From Planctomycetota bacterium (GTDB lineage Bacteria; Planctomycetota; UBA1135; JAKEFM01), in assembly GCA_035695825.1 (NCBI GenBank), contig DASRRH010000004.1, positions 24,515 through 88,514 on the forward strand: a stretch of DNA of 64,000 bases, in the 5' to 3' direction. Each line of letters starts with the position of its first letter. Positions within the stretch are counted from its first letter, which is position 1. Shown in pieces: positions 1 to 9,465 of the stretch. A model generated the notes under the pieces. The model made no database searches. It worked only from the letters and a program-made list of their open reading frames with translations, and was not told the DNA's origin. Position numbers and translations under genes: made by a program.

Positions 1-208
1 CGTCCGGGGCGTGCGCTCCAGCCGCCGGACGCGGGCGACCGAGCCTGGTCCGAGGGACGGGAATCCTAGCGGCGCGCCGGCGCCGCGACGGGGAAGTCGG
101 GAGTCAAGGCCTGTATCTCGCGCGGGAGGAGTTCGTCGGCGGCGAGCGGGCGAACCGTCGGCTCGGCCGCTCCGTGCGGGCCCCGTGGTCGCCCGCCGGA
201 TCTCGACG

Positions 209-1507
209 TCAGGCCCGCGGGCCGACGCGCGCCGGCTCGAGCCTCGGGGCGAGCGCGTGGATCACGGCGAAGCCGACCAAGTACGCGGTGGCGGCGAGGA
301 CGAAGAGGGGGGCGTAGCTCCCGGTCCACTCGAGGACGTTCCCCGCCGCGGCGTCGAGGAGGACGCCTCCGAGCGCGCCGGCCGCGCCACCGACGCCGAC
401 GACGGAGCCCACCGCGCGGCGCGGGAAGAGGTCGGAGGCGAGCGTGAAAAGGTTCGCCGACCAACCCTGATGCGCCGCGGCGGCGAGGGCGATCAGGCCG
501 ACGGCGAGCCCAAGGTGCGACGTGTTCGCGGCGAAGGCGACGGGGACGACGCAGAGGGCGCAGGCGAGCATCGCCGTCTTGCGCGCTCCGTTCGTGCTCC
601 AACCCCGTCGGAGCAGGCTCGAGGAGAGCCACCCTCCGCCGACGCTCCCTCCGTCCGCGACGAGGTAGACGATCGCGATCGGAACCCCGAAGCGGTCGAG
701 GGTGAGGCCGTGCTCGCGGGCGAGGAACTTCGGCAGCCAGAAGAGGTAGAACCACCAGATCGGGTCCGTGAGGAACTTTCCGAGGGCGAAGGCCCAAGTC
801 TGGCGGTGCCGGAGGAGATTCCTCCAGGACAACCCCGCGGGCGGGTCCGGGGGGTCGCTGCGAATCCAGGCGAGCTCGACCGGCGAGAGCCGTGGGTGAT
901 CCTCGGGCTTGCGGTACGAGGGGATCCAGAGGATAAGCCAGAGGAAGCCGATCGCGCCGGTCGCGAGGAAGGCCCACGGCCAGCCGAACGCGAGCGCGAC
1001 GCCCGGGACCGCGAGGGGCGCGATCACCGCGCCGAGATTCGTCCCCGCGTTGAAGATCCCCGTCGCGAACGCGCGCTCCCGCCGCGGAAACCACTCGGCG
1101 ACCGTCTTGATCGCGGCCGGGAAGTTCCCCCCCTCCGCGAGGCCGAGGGCGCATCGCGCCGCGCCGAAGCCGAGCGCGGAGCGTGCGAGCGCGTGGGCCA
1201 TCGCGGCGAGGCTCCAGAGGGAGACCGCGAGGGCGTAGCCGAGGCGCGTGCCGAGCCGGTCGACGAGCGCGCCCGCTCCGAGGATGCCCGCGGCGTAGCC
1301 GATCTTGAAGGCGGCGTTGATGTAGCCGTACTGCGCCTCGCTCCAGCCGACCTTCGCCTGGAGGTCCGGGGCGAGGAGGCTCAAGGTCATCCGGTCGACG
1401 TAGTTGACCGTCGTCGCGAGGAGGAGGAGCGCGCAGATCCACCAGCGGTGGAAGCCGCGGCGCGCGAGGAAACCGGGGATCGTGGGGACAGGCCGGAAGT
1501 GGCCCAA
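209..1507 (-). CDS. MFS transporter, ACS/hexuronate-transporter-like
   Basis: The last ~430 aa of ORF 209..1921 read as a polytopic MFS protein (NYVDRMTLSLLAP, WFPRRERAFATGIFNAGTNLG). The first ~138 codons are Arg/Pro-rich junk. Start is placed at in-frame TTG 1507 and is uncertain; the stop at 209 is fixed. Confidence 0.8.
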   Translation of the reverse strand: MGHFRPVPTIPGFLARRGFHRWWICALLLLATTVNYVDRMTLSLLAPDLQAKVGWSEAQYGYINAAFKIGYAAGILGAGALVDRLGTRLGYALAVSLWSLAAMAHALARSALGFGAARCALGLAEGGNFPAAIKTVAEWFPRRERAFATGIFNAGTNLGAVIAPLAVPGVALAFGWPWAFLATGAIGFLWLILWIPSYRKPEDHPRLSPVELAWIRSDPPDPPAGLSWRNLLRHRQTWAFALGKFLTDPIWWFYLFWLPKFLAREHGLTLDRFGVPIAIVYLVADGGSVGGGWLSSSLLRRGWSTNGARKTAMLACALCVVPVAFAANTSHLGLAVGLIALAAAAHQGWSANLFTLASDLFPRRAVGSVVGVGGAAGALGGVLLDAAAGNVLEWTGSYAPLFVLAATAYLVGFAVIHALAPRLEPARVGPRA

Positions 1508-1862
1508 TCGTAGTGGGACCGGGGAGGGGGAGCCGCCGCTGATCTCGACGGGACGAGCCTTTCGCAAGGTCCGGGAAGGAATCCGCTTGCCGGGAGTGGA
1601 CGGTGCTCTTAGTCTCACTCTTACCCACAGGGCGGTGGGAGGACGCGCGAAGTGCGCGATGTGCGTGAAGGGACCGCCCACGCTCGGGGCGACCGGGGCT
1701 CTCGGTGTCCTGCGACGGATGCAGGACGACCGGATCGAAAGGCGCGCGCCGCTCGGTCCGCCGCTCCCCGCCGGAGCCCTCCTCACGCGCGTCTCCTCTC
1801 CCCGCGACCCCGCCCGTTCCGCTCCAGCCGACCTCAGCCCCCGCCGTCGACAGGAGACTTCC

Positions 1863-3716
1863 ATGCGCCGGTCGAACGCTCTCGCTCGTCTCTCGCTCCC
1901 CTCGATCCTTCTCGGTCTCATGGCCGGCGCGGGTCGCGCCCAGAACCTCGAGATCCACTACATCAACGTCGGCTGGGGAGGCTCCGTGCTGGTGAAGGGG
2001 CCGAACGGAACGACGGTCCTCCTCGAGGCCGGCTACGGGGGCGACGGGACGGACTTCGTCGTCCCGTACCTCGAGTCGATCGGGATCGCGCCCTCGGAGG
2101 GCCTCGACTACATGATCCTGGGACACCGGCACTGCGACCACGTCGGCGGCATGGACGAGGTGATCGAGGCCGGCTACGACGTGCACGTCGCGAACTACAC
2201 GAACGGGTCCTCGTCGACCCCGACCTGCTACAACGAGTGGAAGAACGCGGCGCAGGACACGTCGGCGGGGGCTCCGATCGTGATGCCCGTCGGGACCGAG
2301 ATCGACCTCGGGAGCGGAGCGACCCTCACCTGCATCGCCAACAACGGGAGCATCATCGGCGGGGGATCGGTCGACGTCAGCGCCGAGAACGACCGCTCGA
2401 TCGCCCTCCTCGTCCAGTACGGGGGGTTCGACTTCCTCTGGGCGAGCGACCTCGGCGGAGGGGACGAGGACAACCCGTGCACGGGCCGATCGTCGTCCCA
2501 GGTCGACGTCGAGACCTCCGTCCTCCAGGCGATCTCTCCGGGCGGGGCGTACCCGATGATCGCCGCGGGGGGAATCGACGTCCTCCACAGCAACCACCAC
2601 GGGGCCGAGTCGAGCACGAACGCGAACTACATGAATCTCGCGGAGCCGGCCCTCGCCGTGATTTCCGTCGGGGCGGGGCAGGAGTCGGGATGGAATCGGC
2701 CGCGCAAGGACGTCGTCGAGAAGGTCCTCCTCTCCCAGGCCTCCTGCGTCACCGCGCCCCCCGCCGTCGTCCTCCAGACGGAGGAAGGGAATCCGACCGG
2801 TTCGACGACGAGTTTCGCGGGCTACTGCGTCGGCGACATCGCGATCTCGACGAACGGCGTGAGCGCGTTCACCGTCGCCGCGGACGGGCAGGTGACCGTG
2901 GGTCCGGACGAGCGCGCCGCCGCGCAACTGCCGCGGACCTTCGCGCTCGACAGCGCCGGCGGCGGCCCGCCCCCTCCCTCCGACACGACTCCTCCGGTCC
3001 TCTCGAACGTCCAGGCGACGAACATCGCCTCGAAGACGGCGACGATCACCTGGACCACGAACGAGGCGGCCGACTCGGTCCTCCAGTACGGCAAGACGAC
3101 GAGCTACGGGAGCACGAAGTCGGATCCGGACCTCGTGACGAGCCACGGCTTCTCCCTGTCGAGCCTCTCCACGAACACCACCTACCACTACCGCGTCAAG
3201 TCGACCGACGCGGCGGGCAACCTGGCGGTCGGCACGGACCACTCCTTCCACACGGGAACGCTCACGAACTACCCCCCGTCGGCCGCGACCCTCCTCCAGG
3301 GGACCCCGAACGCCGGGTCCGTCGCGGACCTCGCGTCGGACGACAACCTCTACTACGTCGTCAACTCGACGACGGTGGGGACGCGCAAGACGGACTGGTA
3401 CGGCGACGTCACGGTGTCCCAGGCGCCCTCTTCGATCGCGGTGCTCACGGTCAAGTACACCGGCAAGTACTCGCTGACCGTGACGCAGACGATGCACCTC
3501 TGGGACTGGACGACGTCGACCTGGGTGCAGATCAGCTCGAAGTCCGTCGGGACCTCGGAGAAGTCGATCACGGTCATCCCCGCCTCCTTCGCCCCGTACA
3601 TCTCGGCGACGGGCCAGATCCGGCTCCGCGTCCTCGGGACGGGAGGCAGCGTCGACTTCACGGGCTCCACCGATCGGATCCGGTTCACCATCGAGACGGC
3701 GGGGACCAGCCTGTAG
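1863..3716 (+). CDS. Secreted MBL-fold metallo-hydrolase with Fn3-like domain and an unknown C-terminal beta-rich domain (paralog 1)
   Basis: ATG 1863 is preceded by GACAGGAGA. Signal peptide MRRSNALARLSLPSILLGLMAGAGRA. MBL metal motif GHRHCDHVGG, later HSNHHG. Fn3-like segment TATITWTTNEAADSVLQYG...TTYHYRV. About 170 aa of C-terminal domain has no motif I recognise. Confidence 0.85.
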   Translation: MRRSNALARLSLPSILLGLMAGAGRAQNLEIHYINVGWGGSVLVKGPNGTTVLLEAGYGGDGTDFVVPYLESIGIAPSEGLDYMILGHRHCDHVGGMDEVIEAGYDVHVANYTNGSSSTPTCYNEWKNAAQDTSAGAPIVMPVGTEIDLGSGATLTCIANNGSIIGGGSVDVSAENDRSIALLVQYGGFDFLWASDLGGGDEDNPCTGRSSSQVDVETSVLQAISPGGAYPMIAAGGIDVLHSNHHGAESSTNANYMNLAEPALAVISVGAGQESGWNRPRKDVVEKVLLSQASCVTAPPAVVLQTEEGNPTGSTTSFAGYCVGDIAISTNGVSAFTVAADGQVTVGPDERAAAQLPRTFALDSAGGGPPPPSDTTPPVLSNVQATNIASKTATITWTTNEAADSVLQYGKTTSYGSTKSDPDLVTSHGFSLSSLSTNTTYHYRVKSTDAAGNLAVGTDHSFHTGTLTNYPPSAATLLQGTPNAGSVADLASDDNLYYVVNSTTVGTRKTDWYGDVTVSQAPSSIAVLTVKYTGKYSLTVTQTMHLWDWTTSTWVQISSKSVGTSEKSITVIPASFAPYISATGQIRLRVLGTGGSVDFTGSTDRIRFTIETAGTSL

Positions 3717-4148
3717 CGGACCCGGAGAGCTCCCCGCCGGGGAGGGCGGCGGGGGGCCGGCGTCGCGCGGAGGGCCCGTAGGAATTTGCTTTGCGCGGCA
3801 CGGCCGCCTCCCTTAGGATCGAGACCGTCTCCGAGGCGGCGGGAGAACGCGTCGAGAGCGCGACGCGCGACAGGAGGGTGCGCATTCCCCAGGCGAACCC
3901 GACCCTCGTGGACGTCGTGCGACGGACGCAGGGCTCCGGGACGAGATCGACGGCGATGCTCCGAGAATTTGATCCGGGGTTCACGGTCCACGTGCACTCC
4001 CCTGCTTCTCGGGCGCGAGGATCGCTCGGTGCGAGCGTTCCGACCGCTCCGTCCACTCGGCGCCCGCTGCGAGCGGCTCCCCCCGCCCGATGACCCGCCG
4101 CCTTTCCCCCCCGCAGGCCTCCCCCCCCTCCGTCGACAGGAGAGTCCC

Positions 4149-5990
4149 ATGCCCCCGGCGAACGCCCTCCTCCGAATCCCGCTTCCTCTGAGCCTCCTCG
4201 CGCTGCTGGCCGGCGCGGGCCGCGCCCAGAACCTGGAGATCCACTACATCAACGTCGGCTGGGGAGGCTCCGTGCTGGTGAGGGGGCCGAACGGAACGAC
4301 GGTCCTCCTCGAGGCCGGGAAGACCCACGACGGCGCGGACGTCGTCGTCCCCTACCTCGACTCGATCGGGATCCCGGCCGCGATGGGCCTCGACTACATG
4401 ATCCTGGGGCACCACCACAACGACCACGTCGGCGGCATGGACGAGGTGATCGAGGCCGGCTACGACGTCCACGTCGCGAACTACGAGAACGGCTCGACGG
4501 AGCCCCATTCGAGCTACGACCAGTGGGTGGAGGCGGCGCAGGGGACGACGGCGGGGGCTCCGGTCCCGATGCCGGTCGGGGCCCAGATCCTCCTCGGGAA
4601 CGGCGCGACCCTCACCTGCGTCGCCCGAAACGGGAGCATCCTCGGCGGAGGCTCGGTCCCCGTGGACTCCGAGAACGACCGCTCGATCGCCGTCCTCGTC
4701 CAGTACGGAGGGTTCGACTTCCTCTGGGCGAGCGACCTCGGCGGGGGCGAGATCGACCAGTCGTGCACGGGCCGATCGACGTCCGCGGCCGACGTCGAGA
4801 CCGCGGTCATCCAGGCGATCTCCCCGGGCGGGGCGAACCCGATGATCTCCTCCGGGGGGATCGACGTCCTCCACTGCAACCACCACGGGAGCGAGACGAG
4901 CACGAACAAGAACTGGATGAACCTCGCGAGGCCAGCGGTCGCCGTGATCTCGATCGGAGCGGGGCAGTCCTCGGGGGACGATCGACCGCGGATCGACGTC
5001 GTCGAGAGCGTCCTCCTCGCCGAGGCGCCCTGCATCACGGTGCCCCCGGCCCTGGTCCTGCAGACCGAGGAAGGCGACCCGAGCGGCTCGAACACGAGCT
5101 TCGCGGGCTACTGCGTGGGCGACGTCCAGATCTCGACGGACGGCGTGAGCGCGTTCACGGTGTCGGCGGACGGGCAGGTGACCGAGGGCCCCGACGAGAG
5201 GGCCGCGGCGGGGCTGCCGCATACTTTCCCGCTCGACGACGTCGCGGGGCCGCCCGACACGACGCCTCCGGTCCTCTCCGACGTGCACACGGCGAGCATC
5301 GCCGGGGACGCGGCGACGATCAGCTGGACGACGGACGAGGCGTCCGGCTCGGTCGTACAGTACGGGCCGACGACCGGCTACGGGAGCACGGCCTCGGTCG
5401 CGGCGCTCGTGACGAGCCACAGCGTCTCCTTGACCGGCCTCTCCGCCGACACCGTCTACCATTACCGCGCGCAGTCGAGCGATGGGTGGGGAAACACGGC
5501 CGTGGACGTCGACCGCTCGTTCCAGACGGGGGGGATGTTCGGCTACGCGCCGTCGGCCACGACCCTTCTCGAGGGGACCCTCAACTCCGGAACCGTCTCG
5601 AACCTCGCGACGGACAACGGGAGCTACTACAAGCTCAACTCGACGACGAGCGGGACGCGGAAGACGGACTGGTACGGCAGCGTCTCGGTGGGCCAGGCGC
5701 CGGCGTCGATCGCGGCGCTCGCCGTCGAGTACAGAGGCAAGTACTCGAAGACGGTGACGCAGACCCTGCACCTCTGGGACTGGACCGCCTCGTCTTGGGT
5801 CCAGATCAACTCGAAGTCCGCCGGGACCTCGGAGAAGTCGGTGACCGTCGCCTTCTCCTCCCCCGCCGCGTACGTCTCCTCGACCGGCGAGGTCCGCCTC
5901 CGCGTCCGCGCGACGAGGAACAACAGCAGCTTCACCTCCTCCGGCGAGCTGATGAAGTTCACCGTCGAGACGCCCGGGACGAGCCTGTAG
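4149..5990 (+). CDS. Secreted MBL-fold metallo-hydrolase with Fn3-like domain (paralog 2)
   Basis: ATG 4149 is preceded by GACAGGAGA. Signal peptide MPPANALLRIPLPLSLLALLAGAGRA. Motifs GHHHNDHVGG, HCNHHG. Fn3-like AATISWTTDEASGSVVQYG...TVYHYRA. Collinear with 1863..3716. Confidence 0.85.
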   Translation: MPPANALLRIPLPLSLLALLAGAGRAQNLEIHYINVGWGGSVLVRGPNGTTVLLEAGKTHDGADVVVPYLDSIGIPAAMGLDYMILGHHHNDHVGGMDEVIEAGYDVHVANYENGSTEPHSSYDQWVEAAQGTTAGAPVPMPVGAQILLGNGATLTCVARNGSILGGGSVPVDSENDRSIAVLVQYGGFDFLWASDLGGGEIDQSCTGRSTSAADVETAVIQAISPGGANPMISSGGIDVLHCNHHGSETSTNKNWMNLARPAVAVISIGAGQSSGDDRPRIDVVESVLLAEAPCITVPPALVLQTEEGDPSGSNTSFAGYCVGDVQISTDGVSAFTVSADGQVTEGPDERAAAGLPHTFPLDDVAGPPDTTPPVLSDVHTASIAGDAATISWTTDEASGSVVQYGPTTGYGSTASVAALVTSHSVSLTGLSADTVYHYRAQSSDGWGNTAVDVDRSFQTGGMFGYAPSATTLLEGTLNSGTVSNLATDNGSYYKLNSTTSGTRKTDWYGSVSVGQAPASIAALAVEYRGKYSKTVTQTLHLWDWTASSWVQINSKSAGTSEKSVTVAFSSPAAYVSSTGEVRLRVRATRNNSSFTSSGELMKFTVETPGTSL

Positions 5991-6339
5991 AAGGCGGGGA
6001 ACCGCTCCCTGCCGCGCCGCGCGGAGATGCTCGGCACCTCGTCACGAGAACCGGGTGGTCGTGCAGAGGGCCCTCGATCCGAGGGCGACGATCGAGGGCG
6101 CCCTTGACTTCGAGTCGCGCGGCGCAAACACTGACCTCTGCGCTGTTTGAGGGAGCGCCCGGAGCTGGAGGCCGCCGGTTCGCGCGTGCCGCGGTCTCCC
6201 GGAAGCCGGTGGGAAGCGCTTCGCAGGATCCGTCCGCGAGCGGGGTCCGCCCTGGAGCTCCCGCCACCACGGTCCCGATAGGGGCGGGAACGATCCCCGT
6301 CCCCCCCTCGGACTCCGCATCGGCGGACCCTCGCAAGGA

Positions 6340-8382
6340 ATGATCCCCCCGATGGACCCCGGAATTCGCAGGCCGACGCGTTCCTACCGCACCGTCCTGC
6401 GTCGCCGCCGGTTCACGATCCTCCTCGTCCTGCTCGGCTGCCTCGCCGCGGGCGCGGTGGCGATCCGCCTCGCTCCGCCCCGGTACACCGCGCGAAGCCT
6501 CCTCGCGATCCGCCAGGTCGAGCGCGTGCGCTCGACCCTCGCCACCCAGACCGGCTACGAGCCGAGCGTCGTCGTCGCGCCGATGTCCGGGCACAACTAC
6601 GTCGAGATGCTCAAGGGGTACTCCTTCGCCCGGCGCGTGTCGCAGCGGCTGGCGATGGAGGGGCTCGAGCTCGACGCCGGCGAGGTCCGCCGCCGCCTCG
6701 ACCCGACCCTGCCGGAGGACAACCTGATCAAGATCGAGGCGCGGGACCGCCACCCCGAGACCGCGTGGCGGGTCGCGAACGCGGCGGCCGCGCAGTTCGT
6801 CGACGAGAGCCTCCAGAGCATCCGCAGCGAGATGGCGGGGGCGGGGCGGCTCGTCGAGGAGAAGATGAAGGCCGCGCGCGCGGAGATCGACGAGGCCTAC
6901 GAGGAGATCGCCCGCCGGAAGCGGGAGCGGGGGATCGGCGACCCGGCGGCCGAGCGGACCTCGCTCCTGCGGCGCGTCGAGGAGTACGAGCGACAGGTCA
7001 CGGACTACGAGATCAAGCTCCGGAAGGCCCGCGCCCGGATCGAGGCGCTCACCCTCGATCCCGCGAAGCCGGTCACGACGGAGGCGCGGGTCGTCCGCGA
7101 TCCCCGGGTCGGCGCGCTCCGCACGCAGCTGCTCGACCTCCGCGACCGGCTCCTCCAAGAGGAGTCCCGCTACACCCCGGACCACCCGGCCGTGCGCAAC
7201 CTCCGGGACCAGGTGCGCGAATGGGAGCAGGCCCTCGCCGCAAGGGTCGCCGAGCTTCGCGACGCCAAGGGCTTGTCCGCCGGCCCCGAGCTCTTCCTCG
7301 AGGTCGACGACTCGCTCCTCGCGGACCGCTCCTTCCTGATCGAGGGGCCGGTCATCCTCCAGGGTTGGGCCGATCGCCTGCAGCGGACGCTCGACGAGTA
7401 CAAGGCGCTCCCCGACGCCGAGACCGCGCTCGATCCCCAGCGCTTCACGGTCGAGGCGGCGAAGCAGCGCGAGATGCTCCTCTCGCGTCGGGCGGACGAT
7501 CTCGCCGTCGCCCTCGAACTGACCACGCCGAACGTCTCGATCGTGGACCTCGCCGCTCCCCCGAAGGAGGCGATCCCGCGCTGGGCGAAGATCGCGTTCG
7601 TGATCGCCGTGAGCCTCGTCTTCGCCTTCGCGGCGGGCTTCCTCCACGAGTGGATCGACACGACGGTCCACGACGCCGAGGAGGTCGAGACCCTGCTCGG
7701 CGCGGGCCCGCTCGCCGTCCTGCCGCGCCGGCGGTCCTCGAGCCGGGTCGTGCGCGCGGACCGCCCGAACGCGCCGGCCGCGGAGTCGGCGCGGCGGCTC
7801 CTGGCGCGGATCCGCTTCGCGGGGAGGGAGAGGCCCTTCCGCAGCCTCCTCCTCTGCGGCGCTGTCCCCGGCGACGGAGCCTCGACCGTCGCCGCGAATC
7901 TCGCCGCCGTCGCGGCGCGCCTCGAAGGGAAGGTGCTCCTCCTCGAAGCGGACCTCCGCCGGCCGCAGCTCGCCGCCCGGCTCGGCCGGCCCGCGCAGCC
8001 GGGCCTCGCCCACGTGCTCCTCGAGGGGGCGCCCCTCTCCCAGGCGGTCCAGGAGTGCGGATCGCCGAACTTCCTCTTCCTCCCGGCGGGGCGCGCCGTG
8101 ACGAACCCCGCGGAGCTGCTGACCTCGGGGCGCATGCGGGAGGTGCTCGCCGAGCTCGCCCCGATGGCCGACCTCCTCCTGGTCGACGCGCCCGCAATCC
8201 TCGGCGCCTCGGAAACGGCCCCGCTCGCCTCCTCCCTCGACGCGGCCCTCCTCGTCCTGCGGGCCGACGCCGTGCCGCAGGCGGAGGCGCGCCGCGCGCG
8301 GGCGCTCCTCGGAGAGACCGGGGCGCGCGTCCTCGGCGTCGTCCTGAACGCGGCCCGCGTGCGGTCGACGCCCGCGTACTGA
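6340..8382 (+). CDS. Polysaccharide co-polymerase / Wzc(GumC/EpsG)-like protein with degenerate P-loop domain
   Basis: N-terminal TM (FTILLVLLGCLAAGAVAI), a Wzz-like region, a long charged coiled-coil, and a second TM (IAFVIAVSLVFAFAAGF). C-terminal BY-kinase-like domain has LLLEADLRRP (Walker A') and LLLVDAP (Walker B-like), but Walker A reads GAVPGDGAST. Confidence 0.8.
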   Translation: MIPPMDPGIRRPTRSYRTVLRRRRFTILLVLLGCLAAGAVAIRLAPPRYTARSLLAIRQVERVRSTLATQTGYEPSVVVAPMSGHNYVEMLKGYSFARRVSQRLAMEGLELDAGEVRRRLDPTLPEDNLIKIEARDRHPETAWRVANAAAAQFVDESLQSIRSEMAGAGRLVEEKMKAARAEIDEAYEEIARRKRERGIGDPAAERTSLLRRVEEYERQVTDYEIKLRKARARIEALTLDPAKPVTTEARVVRDPRVGALRTQLLDLRDRLLQEESRYTPDHPAVRNLRDQVREWEQALAARVAELRDAKGLSAGPELFLEVDDSLLADRSFLIEGPVILQGWADRLQRTLDEYKALPDAETALDPQRFTVEAAKQREMLLSRRADDLAVALELTTPNVSIVDLAAPPKEAIPRWAKIAFVIAVSLVFAFAAGFLHEWIDTTVHDAEEVETLLGAGPLAVLPRRRSSSRVVRADRPNAPAAESARRLLARIRFAGRERPFRSLLLCGAVPGDGASTVAANLAAVAARLEGKVLLLEADLRRPQLAARLGRPAQPGLAHVLLEGAPLSQAVQECGSPNFLFLPAGRAVTNPAELLTSGRMREVLAELAPMADLLLVDAPAILGASETAPLASSLDAALLVLRADAVPQAEARRARALLGETGARVLGVVLNAARVRSTPAY

Positions 8383-8391
8383 ACCCGACCG

Positions 8392-9465
8392 TTGAGCGGA
8401 CCCCCCAGGGGCCGACGACGCCTCGTCCGCGGCCTCGTCGCGATCTCCCTCCCGATCGGGGCGGCGCTCCTCCTCGAGGGCGCGCTCCGGCTCGCCGGCT
8501 TCGGCGCGTCCTACCTGCGGTGGGACCGGAACACGCGATGGAGCCTCGAGCCCGGCTGGCGGGGCCCCGGACCCGACCTCCCCCTCGTCCCCCTCGCCTA
8601 CGCGCTGCGGGTGAACGCCCGCGGCTTCCGCGGAGGCGAGATCGCGCCGGAGAGACGGCCCGGCATCCTCCGGATCGCGGCGCTCGGCGACTCGGTGACC
8701 TTCGGATTCGGCGTCCGGGAAGAGGATGCGTTCCCCGCGGTCGCGGCCGCGCGTCTCGCGTCCGAGGGGGGAGGCCGCGAGATCGAGGCCGTGAACGCGG
8801 GGGTCCCGGGTTTCACGAGCCTCCAGGGGCTGCGCCACCTCGAATCGCGCGTCCTCCCCCTGCGACCCGACCTCGTCACCGTGCTCTTCGGATGGAACGA
8901 CGGGTGGCGGACCGCGGTTCCGGACGCGGCCTGGATCGGGCGCCTCGGCGGATGGCGGTCGCTCGCCGAGTCCTCGCGCGCCTTCGCGCTCGGGCGGCGG
9001 GGGCTCGGGTTCCTGCGCCGACGGCTCGGAAGCCCGAGCGCGGCGCCCCCTCGGCCGACGCTCCCCCGCGTGCCGCCGGGGGAGTTCGAGGCGAATCTGC
9101 GCGCGATCGCCGAGGCCGCTCGGCGATCGCGCGCCGAGGCGCTCCTCCTCACGCTCCCCGCGTCGTTCGGGCCGGACCGCCCGCCCGACGCCTACTTCCG
9201 CGAGGACTGGACCGTCCCCCGCGGGGAGCTCGAGCCCCTGCGCCTACGCTACGCGGAGGCCGCCCGCCGCGCGGCGGAGGCGACCGGCGCGCTCCTCGTC
9301 GACTGCGCCGTCGAGGTCCCCTCGGACCCGCGGCTCTTCTTCGAGGATGGCTACCATCCGAACGCCGCCGGCCACCGCGCGATCGCGGAGCGGATCGTCG
9401 AGGCGATCCGGCGATCGGGGAAGCTCGGCGCGGCCGCTCAGCGCGGCGGATCCTCGAATCGGTAG
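8392..9465 (+). CDS. SGNH/GDSL-family hydrolase, membrane-anchored (paralog 1 of 4)
   Basis: TTG start, N-terminal anchor LVAISLPIGAALLL. Block I ALGDSVTFG, NAGVPGF, GWND, block V DGYHPN. Confidence 0.75.
   Translation: MSGPPRGRRRLVRGLVAISLPIGAALLLEGALRLAGFGASYLRWDRNTRWSLEPGWRGPGPDLPLVPLAYALRVNARGFRGGEIAPERRPGILRIAALGDSVTFGFGVREEDAFPAVAAARLASEGGGREIEAVNAGVPGFTSLQGLRHLESRVLPLRPDLVTVLFGWNDGWRTAVPDAAWIGRLGGWRSLAESSRAFALGRRGLGFLRRRLGSPSAAPPRPTLPRVPPGEFEANLRAIAEAARRSRAEALLLTLPASFGPDRPPDAYFREDWTVPRGELEPLRLRYAEAARRAAEATGALLVDCAVEVPSDPRLFFEDGYHPNAAGHRAIAERIVEAIRRSGKLGAAAQRGGSSNR

Larger units (their letters stand above)
1863..5990 (+). repeat. Tandem gene duplication (two MBL/Fn3 paralogs, period ~2.29 kb) with patches of near-identical DNA
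   Basis: The proteins are collinear over their whole length. DNA 1923..2032 versus 4209..4318 differs at about 3 of 110 positions by eye. The short leader CGTCGACAGGAGA-N5-ATG is also shared. Confidence 0.8.

Noticed and set aside
1-208. Possible 3' end of a minus-strand gene before the MFS transporter (tail ...PLAADELLPREIQALTPDFPVAAPARR ending at 66).
   Set aside because: It would have to start inside or overlap the MFS gene, and it carries no recognisable motif. It cannot be supported from 200 nt.
66-3497. Very long ORFs opposite or out of frame to real genes: 66..3497(-), 11..1513(+), 1652..3781(+), 6765..12185(+), 21243..25151(-), 41206..44727(+), 26936..29707(-), 36554..38515(+), and most of 45889..49554(+).
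   Set aside because: Their translations are dominated by Arg/Pro/Gly/Ala/Asp runs with no motifs, and they overlap frames that carry clear family signatures. This is the classic stop-codon-poor artefact of very GC-rich DNA.
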